A stretch of DNA of 64,000 nucleotides from Deltaproteobacteria bacterium (GCA_015492245.1 WGFM01000032.1:6231-70230), one strand, 5' to 3'; counted from the first letter of the stretch, positions 27,880 through 38,440 are shown. Notes: generated from the letters alone by a model not told the origin. Program-made: numbers and translations.

Positions 27880-28078
27880 TAAAAAAAACCTCTTCCTTAC
27901 TTTTTCCCTTTGAAGTTAAGAAGAGGTCTTAACGACTCTTCTTATCTTCCAGGAGCCCTTTAACTGGAAGACTCCTGCTGGAATTAGCACCGGGCGTTTC
28001 ATCCCCCAAGGGGGATAAAACCGGTTGCTGTGGCTTCACGGGGCCAGTTCCCTCCACCACTCTGGATAAGAAGATTAT
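27880..28078 (-). promoter_or_regulatory. SAM-I (S-box) riboswitch: aptamer (about 27936-28076) plus intrinsic terminator (27881-27927)
   Basis: Minus strand reads UCUUAUCCAGAGUGGUGGAGGGAACUGGCCCCGUGAAGCCACAGCAACC...GGUGCUAAUUCCAGCAG...GGAAGAUAAGAAGAG, matching S-box conserved positions. Then hairpin GACCUCUUC...GAAGAGGU + UUUUUUUU, then RBS GGGAGGA and the thrC ATG. Confidence 0.85.
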
Positions 28079-28189
28079 CCCTGTTCAATTGTTAGAGAAT
28101 CTTATAATACACTATGGAAGGATTGTCAAGGAAAAATAAAGGGTTCAGGACAATCAAAGGTAGAACCTCCTCTGTGTAGCCACAAATTT

Positions 28190-29071
28190 CTAAGTGTTAT
28201 CGAGCAGGAACTCCTTGAACTTCCTTGTTGCAGGTGAAGGACTTCTCTTTGAATGTGTTATTATATGGAAGTATCGTTCTATGCCGACACCCTTTATCTT
28301 GACCTCCTTGAGCATCTTTCTTCTCACATGCTCACATATGGCAAGTCTGGACATGAAGGCAAGCCCGAGCCCGCTCTTTATTGCACCCACAAGGGCCTGT
28401 GTGGAGCCCATCTCTGCCACTATGTTGAGTCCTTCAGGCTCTATGCCTGCCTCTCTTATGGCCCTTTCTGTCTCCATCCTGGTTCCAGAGCCCCTTTCCC
28501 TTACCACAAGTGGTATATGGGAAAGCTCTTCCCTTGAGACCCTCGATTTCTTGAAGGAAGAAGGTGCTGCCAGCACTATCTCGTCGGATACAAACCTTTC
28601 CAGCAATAGATGTTTATCCTTCACCACCGAGCCCACCACCCCTATGTCCACCCTTCCCTCTGACACCATGTGGCTTACCTTTTCTGTATCCGCTATGGTT
28701 AGTGATGGAAAGACCCCCGGGTACAGTCTTCTGAACTCTGCTATCCTCTGTGGCAGTATGTACTCCCCTGGTATGGTGCTCGCCCCTATTGTGAGTGTAC
28801 CCTGCACCGAGCCGCCGAACTCTTTCAGGGACTGGCTTGCCTCCTCTTTGAGTCTTACAATCTCCTTGGCGTATCTGTAGAGTATGGCTCCCTCCTTGGT
28901 GGGCACCACCTTTCTGCCGAGTCTGTCCAGCAGTCTTGTGGTGAGGGTTTCCTCAAGGGTTCTTATGTGAATACTTATGGTGGGTTGGGTAAGATTCAGA
29001 GACTCTGCAGCCTGGGAAAATCCTCCTTCCTCAACAACTCTGCAGAATATCTCAAGAAGTCTCAACTCCAC
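28190..29071 (-). CDS. LysR-family transcriptional regulator
   Basis: N-terminal wHTH MELRLLEIFCRVVEEGGFSQAAESLNLTQPTISIHIRTLE, C-terminal LysR substrate-binding domain. Confidence 0.85.
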   Translation of the reverse strand: MELRLLEIFCRVVEEGGFSQAAESLNLTQPTISIHIRTLEETLTTRLLDRLGRKVVPTKEGAILYRYAKEIVRLKEEASQSLKEFGGSVQGTLTIGASTIPGEYILPQRIAEFRRLYPGVFPSLTIADTEKVSHMVSEGRVDIGVVGSVVKDKHLLLERFVSDEIVLAAPSSFKKSRVSREELSHIPLVVRERGSGTRMETERAIREAGIEPEGLNIVAEMGSTQALVGAIKSGLGLAFMSRLAICEHVRRKMLKEVKIKGVGIERYFHIITHSKRSPSPATRKFKEFLLDNT

Positions 29072-29234
29072 GGGCTGCCCCTCTTTTTTTTATTCTTTCT
29101 TTCTCCTTCTTCAGAGAGCAGTCGGGGCACGCATACATCTTGTGGTGCTTTATAGTAAGTCTATCATATTCTTTATCGAGGGCAACCCTTATGACAACAT
29201 CACACTCTTTACCACAGAAATCACACCTTAACAT
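29052..29234 (-). CDS. Small zinc-ribbon protein (CxxC...CxxC)
   Basis: 60 aa, MLRCDFCGKEC...YACPDCS. RBS AAGGAGG 9 nt upstream of the ATG at 29232-29234. Overlaps neighbours on both sides. Confidence 0.45.
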   Translation of the reverse strand: MLRCDFCGKECDVVIRVALDKEYDRLTIKHHKMYACPDCSLKKEKERIKKRGAARGVETS

Positions 29235-29463
29235 ACCCTTTCTCCTCCTTCCTGTATACGGCGGAAGGATGCACCCTGTGAGCCGAAAGTACGGAGAGGG
29301 CCTCCTCGAGGTCCTCTTCTCTTTTAACCGTTATGACCAGATCGCAGTACTTCGTAAGGGTTCGTGGTGCAGGGTCAAGCCGTATATCGACACCCTGGTC
29401 CTTCAGAAGACTTTCTGCCTTCAGCACCTTATGTGTGGTTGAGAAGGCAAGTATATGTTTCAT
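29221..29463 (-). CDS. DUF3343-like small protein (putative Se/S carrier-like family)
   Basis: 80 aa. MKHILAFSTTHKVLKAESLLKDQGVDIRLDPAPR pattern recalled for DUF3343. Confidence 0.4.
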   Translation of the reverse strand: MKHILAFSTTHKVLKAESLLKDQGVDIRLDPAPRTLTKYCDLVITVKREEDLEEALSVLSAHRVHPSAVYRKEEKGYVKV

Positions 29464-29472
29464 GGACAGAGC

Positions 29473-30741
29473 TCATCTGTAGGTTCCACAGAGTCTCTCC
29501 GTGTAGAAAGGAAAACCCTCGCACAGCCTTCTCACCTCTTCTTTTATACGGCAGAGAAGTTTCTCGTCGTCAGGGGCTTTTAGCACCCTGTCTATGAAGT
29601 CTGCTATTGTGCGCATCTCTCCCTCTTTCATGCCCCTCGTGGTAACTGCGGGAACCCCTATCCTTATCCCGCTTGTTACGAAGGGGCTTCTCGTCTCAAA
29701 AGGTATGGTGTTCTTGTTTACCGTTATGCCTGCCCTGTGGAGGGCCTCTTCGGCCTCCTTGCCGGTAAGGCCTGTCTTTGTAAGGTCCACGAGCATAAGA
29801 TGGGTATCTGTTCCACCTGATATTAGCTCGTAGCCACGGCTCAAGAGTTCTTCTGCAAGGGTCTTTGCATTCTTCAGTATCTGCTTCTGATACTCCTTGA
29901 ACCCAGGCTCAAGGGCCTCTTTCAGTGCCACGGCCTTTGCGGCTATTATGTGCATAAGGGGGCCACCCTGTATGCCAGGGAATATCTCCTTGTCCATGGC
30001 CTTTGCGAACTCCTCCCTGCACATAATCATGCCTGCCCTTGGGCCTCTGAGTGTCTTGTGTGTGGTGGTGGTTACAAACTCTGCATGGGGCACGGGGCTT
30101 GGATGAAGCCCTGCTGCCACAAGCCCTGCTATATGGGCTATGTCTACCATTATGTGGGCACCAACCTCGTCTGCGATCTGGCGGAATGCCTCAAAATCTA
30201 TAACCCTGGGATAGGCACTCGCACCAACCACTATGAGTTTTGGCCTGTGCTTTCCTGCGAGCTCACGAACCTGGTCCATATCTATACGGTGATCCTCCTT
30301 TCTTACGCCATAGAACAGGAAGTCGTAGAGCCTGCCAGAAAAGTTGACAGGGCTTCCATGGGTGAGATGCCCACCATGGGTAAGGTCCATGCCCAGCACC
30401 CTATCCCCCGGCTTCAGGGTGGCCATGTAGACCGCCATGTTCGCCTGGGAGCCGGAGTGGGGCTGCACATTCACATGCTCACAGCCGAACAGCTTCTTCG
30501 CCCTCTCTATGGCGAGCCTCTCGGCTATGTCCACAAACTCGCATCCACCGTAGTAGCGCCTGCCAGGATAACCCTCTGCATACTTGTTTGTGAGCACACT
30601 TCCCACGGCCTCGAGCACCCGCTCGCTTACAAGGTTTTCAGAGGCGATGAGTTCCAGCTTGTATTCCTGCCTCTCTGTCTCAAGCCTTATCGCCTCGTAT
30701 ATCTGTGGATCGAATTCTTTAAGCAGTGATTCTTTCCTCAT
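29473..30741 (-). CDS. glyA: Serine hydroxymethyltransferase
   Basis: 422 aa. SHMT signatures [29 protein letters not shown]-lysine region [15 protein letters not shown]. Confidence 0.95.
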   Translation of the reverse strand: MRKESLLKEFDPQIYEAIRLETERQEYKLELIASENLVSERVLEAVGSVLTNKYAEGYPGRRYYGGCEFVDIAERLAIERAKKLFGCEHVNVQPHSGSQANMAVYMATLKPGDRVLGMDLTHGGHLTHGSPVNFSGRLYDFLFYGVRKEDHRIDMDQVRELAGKHRPKLIVVGASAYPRVIDFEAFRQIADEVGAHIMVDIAHIAGLVAAGLHPSPVPHAEFVTTTTHKTLRGPRAGMIMCREEFAKAMDKEIFPGIQGGPLMHIIAAKAVALKEALEPGFKEYQKQILKNAKTLAEELLSRGYELISGGTDTHLMLVDLTKTGLTGKEAEEALHRAGITVNKNTIPFETRSPFVTSGIRIGVPAVTTRGMKEGEMRTIADFIDRVLKAPDDEKLLCRIKEEVRRLCEGFPFYTERLCGTYR

Positions 30742-31202
30742 ATCCTTTCACCCATTCTGTCTTCTATTTCTCTTATCTTGTCCAGGCGTCTTGAGTGTCT
30801 GCCGCCCTGGAAGGATGACTCGAGCCACACCCTCACCATCTCCCTTGCAAGCCCCTTTCCCACCACCCTTCCACCTATGACCAGTATGTTGGCATCGTTA
30901 TGTTCCTTTGCCATCCTTGCGGTGTAAGTGTCGTATACAAGGGCAGCCCTCACACCGCTGAACTTGTTTGCCACTATACTCATCCCTATACCTGTGCCAC
31001 ATATGAGTATGGCCTTCTGTATCTCCCCTTTCGACACCTTCTCTGCCACGGGTATGCCGTAGTCAGGGTAGTCCACCCTCTCGTCACTGTCTGTTCCCAT
31101 ATCCACTAGTTCGTAGCCTGATGAAATGAGAAACTCTTTGATGTCCTCTTTCAGCTCCCTGCCTGCGTGGTCACTGGCTATGGCGATACGGCGGTCTTCC
31201 AT
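30738..31202 (-). CDS. rpiB: Ribose-5-phosphate isomerase B
   Basis: Start at the internal ATG 31200-31202 ([14 protein letters not shown]), RBS GAGGAG upstream. RpiB/LacAB fold, [16 protein letters not shown]. Confidence 0.8.
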   Translation of the reverse strand: MEDRRIAIASDHAGRELKEDIKEFLISSGYELVDMGTDSDERVDYPDYGIPVAEKVSKGEIQKAILICGTGIGMSIVANKFSGVRAALVYDTYTARMAKEHNDANILVIGGRVVGKGLAREMVRVWLESSFQGGRHSRRLDKIREIEDRMGERI

Positions 31203-31206
31203 CCCC

Positions 31207-32445
31207 TTACTCCTCGAACCTTTTGAACACAAGCACCGCATTTGTTCCCCCGAAGCCGAAGGAGTTACTCATCGCAGCCCTCATATCCATCTTGCGTGCC
31301 TCGTTCGGCACATAGTCCAGATCACATCCCTCATCGGGTGTCTCGTAGTTTATGGTGGGGGGCAGAACCCCTTCTTTTATTGCAAGCACTGTGAAGACCG
31401 CCTCCACCCCGCCGGCAGCCCCCAGGAGGTGGCCTGTCATGCTCTTTGTAGAGCTTACGGCAAGCCTTTCTGCATGCTCACCGAAGACCCTCTTTATCGC
31501 CTCGGTCTCGTTGAGGTCGTTGTAGTATGTGGATGTCCCGTGTGCGTTTATGTAGTCTATATCCGCTGGGTCGAGCCCTGCATCATTCAGGGCCAGTTCC
31601 ATGCACCTTGCTGCACCCTCTCCTTCAGGGGCGGGTTGTGTTATGTGGTAGGCATCGGCATTCAGCCCATAGCCTGCAACCTCTGCGTATATCCTTGCCC
31701 CCCTTCTTCTGGCACTCTCAAGTTCTTCGAGCACCAGAACACCTGCACCCTCGCCCACAACGAAGCCGTCTCTTTCCTTCTCGAAGGGTCTGCTTGCCCG
31801 CTGTGGCTCTGAGTTTCTCTGCGAGAGGGCCTTCATTGCGTTGAACCCTGCTATGCACAGGGGCGTTATGGTGGACTCTGTGCCGCCTGCCACCATGCAG
31901 TCTGCCTCACCCTGCTGGATGAGTCTGAAGGCATCGCCTATGGAGTGGGCGCCTGTTGCGCATGCGGTAACGGCACAGCTGTTTGGCCCCTTCGCACCGA
32001 GCTTTATGGAGACCTGTCCAGAGGCAAGGTTTATTATGACCATGGGTATGAAGAAAGGAGTAATCCTCGTTGGTCCCTTTTCTTTGAGCACATCGTGCCA
32101 GTGTTCTATACCAGGAAGCCCCCCTATGCCTGCACCTATGTATACCCCAACACGCTCGGCATTCTCTTCTGTAATCCTGTAGCCACTGTCTTCTACCGCC
32201 TCGCAGGCTGCCACAAGGGCATACTGGATGAAAAGGTCCATCTTCTTGAGCTCTTTCTTCTCGATATATGATGAGGGCTCGAAGTCATCTACCTCGCCTG
32301 CGATACGCACAGGAAACCCGGTGGCATCGAACCTCGTTATGGTGTCTATACCACTTCTGCCGGCCACTATATTCTGCCAGGCCCTCTCTGTGCCAGTTCC
32401 CACTGGACTGACACAGCCCAGCCCTGTAACCACTACCCTTCTCAT
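31207..32445 (-). CDS. fabF: 3-oxoacyl-ACP synthase II
   Basis: 412 aa. Active-site Cys region [25 protein letters not shown] and GHLLGAAG His/His motifs. Confidence 0.95.
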   Translation of the reverse strand: MRRVVVTGLGCVSPVGTGTERAWQNIVAGRSGIDTITRFDATGFPVRIAGEVDDFEPSSYIEKKELKKMDLFIQYALVAACEAVEDSGYRITEENAERVGVYIGAGIGGLPGIEHWHDVLKEKGPTRITPFFIPMVIINLASGQVSIKLGAKGPNSCAVTACATGAHSIGDAFRLIQQGEADCMVAGGTESTITPLCIAGFNAMKALSQRNSEPQRASRPFEKERDGFVVGEGAGVLVLEELESARRRGARIYAEVAGYGLNADAYHITQPAPEGEGAARCMELALNDAGLDPADIDYINAHGTSTYYNDLNETEAIKRVFGEHAERLAVSSTKSMTGHLLGAAGGVEAVFTVLAIKEGVLPPTINYETPDEGCDLDYVPNEARKMDMRAAMSNSFGFGGTNAVLVFKRFEE

Positions 32446-32459
32446 AGGATGTATCCTTA

Positions 32460-32696
32460 TTACCTGGATGCCTTCTTCTCTATATAGTCGATCGCATCCT
32501 GCACGGTGCGAATCTTCTCGGCATCCTCATCTGGTATCTCTATGCCGAACTCCTCTTCAAATGCCATGACCATCTCCACCGTATCGAGGGAATCCGCCCC
32601 CAGATCATCCACGAAAGAGGCGTCTGACTTTACCTCCTCCTCGGAAACGCCGAGCTGGTCCACGATTATCTTTTTTACCCTTGCTTCTGTTGACAT
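32460..32696 (-). CDS. acpP: Acyl carrier protein
   Basis: Start at the internal ATG 32694-32696 (MSTEARVKK...), RBS AAGGAGGG upstream. Phosphopantetheine site [11 protein letters not shown]. Confidence 0.95.
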   Translation of the reverse strand: MSTEARVKKIIVDQLGVSEEEVKSDASFVDDLGADSLDTVEMVMAFEEEFGIEIPDEDAEKIRTVQDAIDYIEKKASR

Positions 32697-32784
32697 CTTC
32701 CCACCCTCCTTGAAGATTTTTGACAAACAATGCTGATTGTATATCACCTATGCCGGTTCATGTCAATTTTAAAGACCCTTCTCT

Positions 32785-33525
32785 TTACATGCTCATACCG
32801 CCGTTTATATTGAGCACCTCGCCTGTTATGTAACCTGCCCCATCCGAGGCAAGAAAGAGCACTCCTTCGGCCACATCCTCGGGGGTTCCGAGCCTTTGAA
32901 GTGGTATTCTTCCTCTAAGCTCCTCTCTGGCCTTCTCTGGCATGGCCTGTGTCATGGCGGTGTCTATGAAACCAGGGGCCACGGCATTGCAGGTGATACC
33001 CCTCGAGGCAAACTCCCTTGCAACGGTCTTTGTAAGGGCTATGAGGCCACCCTTGCTTGCGGCATAGTTTGCCTGCCCCGGGTTGCCTGTTATACCAACG
33101 ATGGAGGCTATGTTCACTATCCTTCCATAGCGAGCCCTTGCCATAACCCTGACAGATGACCTTATACAGTTGAACGCCCCCTTGAGGTTTACATCCAGTA
33201 CCCTCTGCCAGTCCTCGTCCGTCATGCGCAGCAGGAGTCTATCCCTTGTGATACCAGCGTTGTTCACCAGTATGTGGAGTGCGCCAAGGCTATCCACCGT
33301 CTCCTTTACCATACGGTCTGTATCCTCGGGGCTGGTTACATCCACCTTTACGAAGATGGCCTCACCCCCTGCCTCCCTTATCTCTCTGGCGGTCTTATTG
33401 CCCGCCTCTTCGTTAACATCTGCTATACTAACCCTTGCCCCCTCGGCCGAAAGCTTGAGGGATATGGCTCTGCCTATACCCTGGCTTCCTCCTGTAACTA
33501 TGGCCACACGGTCTTCAAGAAGCAT
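32785..33525 (-). CDS. fabG: 3-oxoacyl-ACP reductase
   Basis: 246 aa SDR: TGGSQGIG, NNAG, Y...K catalytic motif (YAASKGG). Confidence 0.92.
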   Translation of the reverse strand: MLLEDRVAIVTGGSQGIGRAISLKLSAEGARVSIADVNEEAGNKTAREIREAGGEAIFVKVDVTSPEDTDRMVKETVDSLGALHILVNNAGITRDRLLLRMTDEDWQRVLDVNLKGAFNCIRSSVRVMARARYGRIVNIASIVGITGNPGQANYAASKGGLIALTKTVAREFASRGITCNAVAPGFIDTAMTQAMPEKAREELRGRIPLQRLGTPEDVAEGVLFLASDGAGYITGEVLNINGGMSM

Positions 33526-34471
33526 CTTCTTCCTCCGTCAAGGTTGTTTTAAGGGTTTCGAGGTCTTCTGGTCTGCCAAAGTTGAGTGTAGAGAGTCTCT
33601 TCTCTATGCGTTTTGCAAGCCCTGTAAGGACCTTTCCCGGGCCTATCTCAACGGTTGCCTCCACACCATCTGTGAACATCCGTTTTATGGTATCTAGCCA
33701 CCTTACAGGGTGTGTCAGCTGGAGTGCAAGCAGTTCTCTTATCCTTTCTGGCACATCTGCGGGTTCTGCCGTTACATTGGATACTATTGGTATCAGTGGC
33801 CTGCCTATTTCTATCCTGGACAGCTCTTCTGCAAGCCTTTCAGCTGCCTCTTTCATAAGTGGCGAGTGCGATGGCACACTTACCTGCAGGGGCACAACCC
33901 TCTTTGCACCCACATCCTTTGCCGCGGTCTCCACCCTCTCGACGGCCTCTCTGTGGCCCGATATGACTATCTGTTCGGGGCTGTTTATATTGGCAGGCAC
34001 CACCTCCTCCTCATCTGTTGAGGCATCCTCACAGAGTTCTTCGACCACCTCTGGTGCAAGCCCTATTATGGCGGTCATCTTGCCAACCCCTTCCTCTGCA
34101 CTTTTCTGCATGAACACACCCCGCAGGTGGGTGAGCCTTACGGCGTCTTCGAAGCTGATGCTCTCTGCACACACAAGGGCCGTGTATTCACCCAGGCTGT
34201 GGCCTGCCGTATAGATGGGCTCAAGGGGGAACTCTGCCTGCACCACCCTGAGGGCAGCCACACTCACCGTAAGTATTGCAGGCTGAGTGTTCTCTGTACG
34301 GTTCAGTTCTGCCTCTGGGCCTTCGAAGCAGAGCCCTTCCATGTCTCTACCCAGAACCCCGGAGGCCTCCCTGAAGACCTTCTGTGCCTGGGCGAACTCG
34401 TCAAACAGAGCCCTGCCCATACCAACGAACTGTGAGCCCTGTCCCGGAAATAGGAACGCCACTTTTTTCAT
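33515..34471 (-). CDS. fabD: Malonyl-CoA:ACP transacylase
   Basis: 318 aa with GQGSQ and GHSLGE active-site motifs. Confidence 0.92.
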   Translation of the reverse strand: MKKVAFLFPGQGSQFVGMGRALFDEFAQAQKVFREASGVLGRDMEGLCFEGPEAELNRTENTQPAILTVSVAALRVVQAEFPLEPIYTAGHSLGEYTALVCAESISFEDAVRLTHLRGVFMQKSAEEGVGKMTAIIGLAPEVVEELCEDASTDEEEVVPANINSPEQIVISGHREAVERVETAAKDVGAKRVVPLQVSVPSHSPLMKEAAERLAEELSRIEIGRPLIPIVSNVTAEPADVPERIRELLALQLTHPVRWLDTIKRMFTDGVEATVEIGPGKVLTGLAKRIEKRLSTLNFGRPEDLETLKTTLTEEEDAS

Positions 34472-34472
34472 C

Positions 34473-35450
34473 TCACCACCTCAACACAGTTGCTCCCCAT
34501 GTGAACCCCCCACCGAAGGCAACAAGGAGCACCACATCTCCTCTCTTTATGCGTCCTGCCTCGACTGCCTCGTAAAGGGCTATGGGGATGGATGCAGAAG
34601 ATGTGTTACCATACCTGTCTATATTTGAAAACACCCTTGTGTTTCCTATACCGAGCCTGTCCTTTATGGCATTTATTATCCTTATGTTGGCCTGATGAGG
34701 TATGACAAGGGCTATATCCTCTGGCCTGAGTCTGTTCTTTCTCATGGCCTCCTTTATGGCCCCACCCATGGTCTTTACAGCCATCCTGAAGGTCTCGTTG
34801 CCCTTCATCTTGAGGTATGGCCTGGGGGAGTTTCTTCTCTCAAATGGGCTCCCTGTGAGTGCCCCCGGGGTGTAGAGCATCTCCCAGTACCTGCCATCTG
34901 AGTGTATGTGGGAAGATAGTATACCGCCCTTGCCCCTTGTCTGCCTCAGGACAACCGCACCTGCACCATCTCCGAAGAGCACACATGTGGCCCTGTCCTG
35001 CCAGTCCATGATCCTTGAGAACACATCCACACCAACAACCAGTGCTGTTCTTGCTGCCCCGCTCTTTATGTAGCGGTCTGCCACATCGAGTGCATAGAGG
35101 AAACCAGAGCATGCTGCTGCCACATCGAATGCTGGAATACCTGGCCTCATGCCCAGTTCTGCCTGAACGAGGCAGGCCGTTGATGGAAAGACATTGTCTG
35201 CCGTTACCGTGCCCACCACAAGGAGCTCTACATCCCTTGCCTTAAGCCCTGCACCCCTGAGTGCACTGCGCGATGCCCTCGTGGCAAGCTCCACCGTCCT
35301 CTCGCCAGACACTATCCTTCTTTCCTTTATGCCTGTACGGGTGGTTATCCACTCATCCGAGGTATCCACCATCTCCTCAAGGTCCCTGTTTGTGAGCACC
35401 CTTTCGGGCACATATAACCCACACCCTATAATCCTGCTCTTAAGGGTCAT
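34473..35450 (-). CDS. fabH: 3-oxoacyl-ACP synthase III
   Basis: 325 aa with AACSGF active-site Cys and HQANIRI, FGGGFTWGA C-terminal motifs. Confidence 0.92.
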   Translation of the reverse strand: MTLKSRIIGCGLYVPERVLTNRDLEEMVDTSDEWITTRTGIKERRIVSGERTVELATRASRSALRGAGLKARDVELLVVGTVTADNVFPSTACLVQAELGMRPGIPAFDVAAACSGFLYALDVADRYIKSGAARTALVVGVDVFSRIMDWQDRATCVLFGDGAGAVVLRQTRGKGGILSSHIHSDGRYWEMLYTPGALTGSPFERRNSPRPYLKMKGNETFRMAVKTMGGAIKEAMRKNRLRPEDIALVIPHQANIRIINAIKDRLGIGNTRVFSNIDRYGNTSSASIPIALYEAVEAGRIKRGDVVLLVAFGGGFTWGATVLRW

Positions 35451-35473
35451 GCCTCCTTAAGTCCTTCTCTTTA

Positions 35474-36505
35474 TTATGCAGGTTGACGCTGAGTAAGTTC
35501 CTCGAGGTCTCTGTTGTTAGAGAGTTCCTTAATAAGACAGGAGTTCACACCACTTTCGACATACTCTCTGGCCCTCAGTATGGCGTTCTTTATCGCCTTG
35601 GATGACGAGGCACCATGGCTTATGATACACACGCCATCTATGCCGAGAAGTGGAGCCCCCCCGTATTCTGCATAGTCTATCTTCTTCTTGAGATTGTCGA
35701 ACGCCGGCTTTGCAAGTATATAGCCCAGTTTTGCAAGGAACCTTGCCTTTATCTCTTTTTTCAGCATCCTTACCACCGTCTCAACGAGCCCCTCGCTGAG
35801 CTTCAGCACCACATTGCCCACGAATCCATCGGTAACCACCACGTCTATACCGCCACGGTATATGTCCTTGCCCTCTATGTATCCCACATAGTTGAGGGAT
35901 GTCTTCTTGAGCAGCTCATGGGTCTGTTTTGTAAGCTCGTTGCCCTTTTCCTCTTCCTCCCCGTTGGAAAGCAGCCCCACCCTTGGCCTCTCTTTGTCGA
36001 GCACATACTTTGCGTATATGGAGCCCATCAGTGCGAACTGTAGAAGATGGAGGGGCTTGCAGTCCACATTACCCCCTACATCGAGCACCACAGCGGGCTC
36101 CATCATGGTGGGCACACATACGGCTATGGCAGGCCTGTTCACGCCCTTGAGTCTCTTGAGCACCATTATACCTGCAGCAAGCGCTGACCCACTGTTACCA
36201 GCACTCACCACGGCATCTGCCCTGCCCTCCTTGACCAGCTCGAAGCACACCCTTATTGAGGAATCCTTCTTGTTCCTTATGGCCTGTGCAGGAGACTCTG
36301 CCATACCCACCACCTCGCTTGCATGCACTATCGGTATGGAGAGCCCCTGGATGTCGTGCTTTTTCAGTTCCTCTTCTATCCTCTGCCTGTCTCCAACAAG
36401 TGTAACATCCACGCCGCTCTTTACCGCCTGCACGGCACCACTTACCACAGAGGCAGGGGCATAGTCCCCCCCCATGGCATCCACTGCTACCCTTACATTA
36501 TCCAT
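35474..36505 (-). CDS. plsX: Phosphate:acyl-ACP acyltransferase
   Basis: 343 aa; [10 protein letters not shown]-terminal signature of PlsX. Confidence 0.9.
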   Translation of the reverse strand: MDNVRVAVDAMGGDYAPASVVSGAVQAVKSGVDVTLVGDRQRIEEELKKHDIQGLSIPIVHASEVVGMAESPAQAIRNKKDSSIRVCFELVKEGRADAVVSAGNSGSALAAGIMVLKRLKGVNRPAIAVCVPTMMEPAVVLDVGGNVDCKPLHLLQFALMGSIYAKYVLDKERPRVGLLSNGEEEEKGNELTKQTHELLKKTSLNYVGYIEGKDIYRGGIDVVVTDGFVGNVVLKLSEGLVETVVRMLKKEIKARFLAKLGYILAKPAFDNLKKKIDYAEYGGAPLLGIDGVCIISHGASSSKAIKNAILRAREYVESGVNSCLIKELSNNRDLEELTQRQPA

Positions 36506-36514
36506 CAGCCCTTC

Positions 36515-36700
36515 TCAGACCTCCTCTTCCATCTTCACTACTTCCCTGCCCCTGTAGAATCCACACTTGGGGCAGACATGGTGTGGCCTCTTGAGCTCTC
36601 CACACCTTGGACATGTAGAGGAAGGTGGCGCAGAGAGTGCATCATGGCTACGGCGCTTGCCTCTACGGCTGCGGCTCTGACGCTTCTTTGGATTCGGCAT
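36515..36700 (-). CDS. rpmF: 50S ribosomal protein L32
   Basis: 61 aa. MPNPKKRQSRSRRGKRRSH plus CPRCG...CPKCG zinc ribbon. Confidence 0.92.
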   Translation of the reverse strand: MPNPKKRQSRSRRGKRRSHDALSAPPSSTCPRCGELKRPHHVCPKCGFYRGREVVKMEEEV

Positions 36701-36731
36701 CTTGTATCGAACCTCCTTTGTGTCGTCTTGT

Positions 36732-37256
36732 CTATTCTACCCTGAAACCCTTGAGCTTTGCAAATCTGGGGTCTACCCTGTCTTCCGGCGGGCACTTGCA
36801 CTCTGCCCTGTTGAGGTCTTTGCCACAGCGTGGGCAAAGCCCCAGGCAGTCTTCGCTGCACAGAGGCTTGGTGGGTATCTCTAAGGAGACCTCCTCGAAG
36901 AGCACCTCAAGGAGTTCTATCTCATCACCTTCAAAGAATGTTACATCCATATCCTCTGGTGAGAGTTCCTTCTCTCTTTCCTTCTCCTTACCCCTTACCA
37001 GATGCCTTGCAAAATCTGCCTCCACGGTGCATCCAAACTCCTCGAGACACCTTGCACACCTTAAAGAAATGGTTACGGCCACATGGCCTGCAATCTCCAC
37101 TGCACCTGAGACAGGCCTTATATCCACATGACCGGTGACGGGAGAAAGGGTACTTACTCCCCTCTGGTCTGCAAGAAGACGGAAGTCCTCCTCTTCGGTT
37201 ACATCCACACCCAGCCCTTCAGGGCCTATATCCTGTAGTTTTATCTTCATAACCAT
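36732..37256 (-). CDS. yceD: YceD/DUF177 family protein (23S rRNA accumulation protein)
   Basis: 174 aa with Cys pairs CARCLEE...CPRCG and conserved synteny upstream of rpmF-plsX. Confidence 0.8.
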   Translation of the reverse strand: MVMKIKLQDIGPEGLGVDVTEEEDFRLLADQRGVSTLSPVTGHVDIRPVSGAVEIAGHVAVTISLRCARCLEEFGCTVEADFARHLVRGKEKEREKELSPEDMDVTFFEGDEIELLEVLFEEVSLEIPTKPLCSEDCLGLCPRCGKDLNRAECKCPPEDRVDPRFAKLKGFRVE

Positions 37257-37300
37257 TTAACTATTAAGGAGAAAATTATACAGGAGATGGCTCTGCTTTG

Positions 37301-38326
37301 TCAATCTTTTTGGTCTCCTCCTGTCCAAAAAGAGACTGTGCCCCTGTAACCCGAGCAATCGTGCCGTTCTGGTGTGAGCCTACAGCTCATTATACCCTCT
37401 GTTTTCGGGATGGGTCTGAAGTTGACCCTCCTGTTGTCCACATCCAGGGGGATAACCCTGAACGAGTGGAGCCAGCTTCTATGGGCCTCTTTCCTCAGGA
37501 CCACCTCAAGGAGCATCCCCTCTGGCTCCATGGTGCTGTAAGAGGCGAAGACCAGGTTTCCCACACTATAGGCTATTATACCGCCTTTGTAAAGTTCTAT
37601 CGGCTGTAGCACATGCGGGTGATGGCCCACCACCACTGCCGCACCACTATCTATGGCCACACGGGCAAGCCTTCTCTGATAGGGCTTTGGCTCCTTCATG
37701 CCCTCTTCACCCCAGTGGAAGCTTACCACCACGAAGTCAGAGGCCTTCCTTGCCTCCCTGACATCTTCTCTTACAAACCCTGCAAGCCCCCTTGCGGTGC
37801 CCCCCCTTTCGGTATCTGCATAGAACTTCTTTGGAAAGGTGTTGGAATAGGCAAGAAAGGCCACCCTTATGCCTGCCCTTTCCATAATCCAGGCCCTTCT
37901 TGCCTCCTCCATGGTGGTGCCTGCACCCACATGGCCTATACCACTGGAGGCAAGCACCTCAAGGGTATCCTCAAGCCCCTCCATGCCGTAGTCCATTATG
38001 TGATTGTTTGCAAGTGTAACCACATCTATGCCCCCCTTTTTCAGAACCTCCACGAGCCCTGGTGCCACCCTGAACAGATACTCCTTCTCCATGAACTCTT
38101 TCTGTGCGGTTGTAAAGGGGGCCTCAAGGTTTGCAACCCTTACATCCGCTCTTTCCAGTATGTCTTTCAGATCTCCCCATGGATACCCTGCCCCTTCTCT
38201 TTCCACAACCCCTTCCACCCAGCTTCCAAGATAGAGGTCTCCCCCCAGGACAAGGCGCAGCTGGGCCGCATCAGCAGAGGACACCCACAACAGAACATAC
38301 AGGACTGCAACCATTCTTTTTACCAT
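37301..38326 (-). CDS. CapA/PGA_cap-family metallophosphatase-like protein (poly-gamma-glutamate capsule synthesis-like), exported
   Basis: Signal peptide MVAVLYVLLWVSSADA. PGA_cap motifs NLEAPFT, ANNHIMDYG, VVVSFHWGEE, GHHPHVLQP. Confidence 0.75.
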   Translation of the reverse strand: MVKRMVAVLYVLLWVSSADAAQLRLVLGGDLYLGSWVEGVVEREGAGYPWGDLKDILERADVRVANLEAPFTTAQKEFMEKEYLFRVAPGLVEVLKKGGIDVVTLANNHIMDYGMEGLEDTLEVLASSGIGHVGAGTTMEEARRAWIMERAGIRVAFLAYSNTFPKKFYADTERGGTARGLAGFVREDVREARKASDFVVVSFHWGEEGMKEPKPYQRRLARVAIDSGAAVVVGHHPHVLQPIELYKGGIIAYSVGNLVFASYSTMEPEGMLLEVVLRKEAHRSWLHSFRVIPLDVDNRRVNFRPIPKTEGIMSCRLTPERHDCSGYRGTVSFWTGGDQKD

Positions 38327-38440
38327 AAAATCGATTCTATCCCCTACTCTGCAGGGTTGTCAAACCTTAAAAGCCTTGTAGAAGAGCCAAACCTCTGTTA
38401 TACTTTTCTGGACTAAACTTTTTGTTCAGGAGGAAAGTGT

